Below, one piece after another: positions 63,399 through 64,000 of a stretch of 64,000 nucleotides of DNA. Position numbers and translations under genes: made by a program. Numbering within the stretch: position 1 is the first letter of the stretch; each line of letters begins with the position of its first letter. The stretch covers positions 73,015-137,014 of the forward strand of contig JAXMNT010000019.1 of the NCBI GenBank assembly GCA_034670305.1, written 5' to 3'. The stretch comes from Deltaproteobacteria bacterium (GTDB lineage Bacteria > Myxococcota_A > Polyangia > Polyangiales > Houyiibacteriaceae). Below the pieces are notes generated by a model, which saw nothing but the letters and a program-made list of their open reading frames with translations, made no database searches and was not told where the DNA came from.

Positions 63399-63866
63399 CT
63401 ACTTCATCCGGGCCAGGCTGATGGCCGCCGCGCGCGCGATGCGCTCCCGCAGCTCGTCGTCCGCCACCCCCGCGAGTGCGCGGCCGACCGACTCCGGCAG
63501 GATCTCGAGCGGCGGCGGCGGCGGCGGCGGCCGTGGGCGCCGAGGACGGACCAACGCGTCCGGAAGTGGCCCCACCCGGAACCGAAGCGCCGCGATGCGG
63601 GCGCCCTTCACCTGCTCACGCAGCCGCTGAAGCAGCTCGTCGTGCATGTGGTGGAGTTCCTGCGCCCAGCCACTCGACGTGACGTTGATGAACAGGACGC
63701 CACGGGTCAGCGACACGGGCCGGGCCCGTCGGACGATCCGCTCCGGCATCACTTTGGTCCACGCCGCCATGACCCGCGCGGCGTCGACCTCTTCCGGGCG
63801 TGGATGAACGCGCCCCACCAACTCGGCGAGCGCACGCAACTTTCCTCGACGTCTGGGACGGCCCAC
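63399..63866 (-). CDS. DUF721/DciA family protein
   Basis: W.KVM..RI.RRARPV.L..GVL.I.V.SSGWAQEL...LRFRVG. Confidence 0.82.
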   Translation of the reverse strand: MGRPRRRGKLRALAELVGRVHPRPEEVDAARVMAAWTKVMPERIVRRARPVSLTRGVLFINVTSSGWAQELHHMHDELLQRLREQVKGARIAALRFRVGPLPDALVRPRRPRPPPPPPPLEILPESVGRALAGVADDELRERIARAAAISLARMK

Positions 63867-63875
63867 ACCGACACT

Positions 63876-64000
63876 CTAGCAGGCTGCTGAAGAACGCCCG
63901 CAGGGCGTTCTCGCAGCCTGCCCCTTGCCCCTGCCCTTGCCTTTGCCCTTGCCCGCGGATCAGCGGTCAGATCGCTTGATCAGCGCGACGAGCATCGCGA
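63876..64000. mobile_element. CTAG-flanked MITE/REP-like element, copy 3 (runs off the window)
   Basis: CTAGCAGGCTGCTGAAGAACGCCC...GGGCGTTCT hairpin plus (CCCTTG)n, matching 12568-12650. Confidence 0.8.

Noticed and set aside
59103-64000. Composite transposon bounded by inverted element copies
   Set aside because: No transposase, the inner end of copy 2 is degenerate, and the enclosed genes include a core DciA-like gene

Overview
High-GC (about 70%, by eye) bacterial chromosomal DNA, most consistent with Myxococcota (Polyangiales/Sandaracinaceae-like). That call is inferred from the many Cys-rich 'CGDDD' lipoproteins, a MYXO-CTERM-type tail and Myxococcus Cys-rich repeats. About 57 CDS are supported. 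Housekeeping genes include ppk1, pyrG, dinB, msrB, hemH, rimK, yidD and a DciA/DUF721 protein. There are several exported hydrolases, an ECF sigma/anti-sigma pair and a sigma-54 activator with a divergent TauE gene. Two unusual metabolic operons are present: an aminotransferase-GNAT-aminotransferase fusion with CoA-transferases, and a GS-like ligase with an acyltransferase, a degenerate GpsA and an Fe-ADH. A Zrg-like ABC system has a permease carrying about 50 His in a repeat insert. No rRNA, tRNA, CRISPR array, transposase or reverse transcriptase was recognised. The most novel signal is non-coding: two 'four-helix-bundle' (IVS/Avd-like) genes each lie downstream of the same roughly 150-nt structured motif, which shows a compensatory base-pair change, and each lies beside hexanucleotide tandem tracts. 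All ten TCGGCN tracts in the window point the same way regardless of gene direction. Also present are a CTAG-flanked hairpin-ended MITE/REP-like family, a second 78-bp dispersed repeat, a solo primase-polymerase-like gene and signs of widespread leaderless transcription. All family calls come from motifs recognised by eye, not from database searches.
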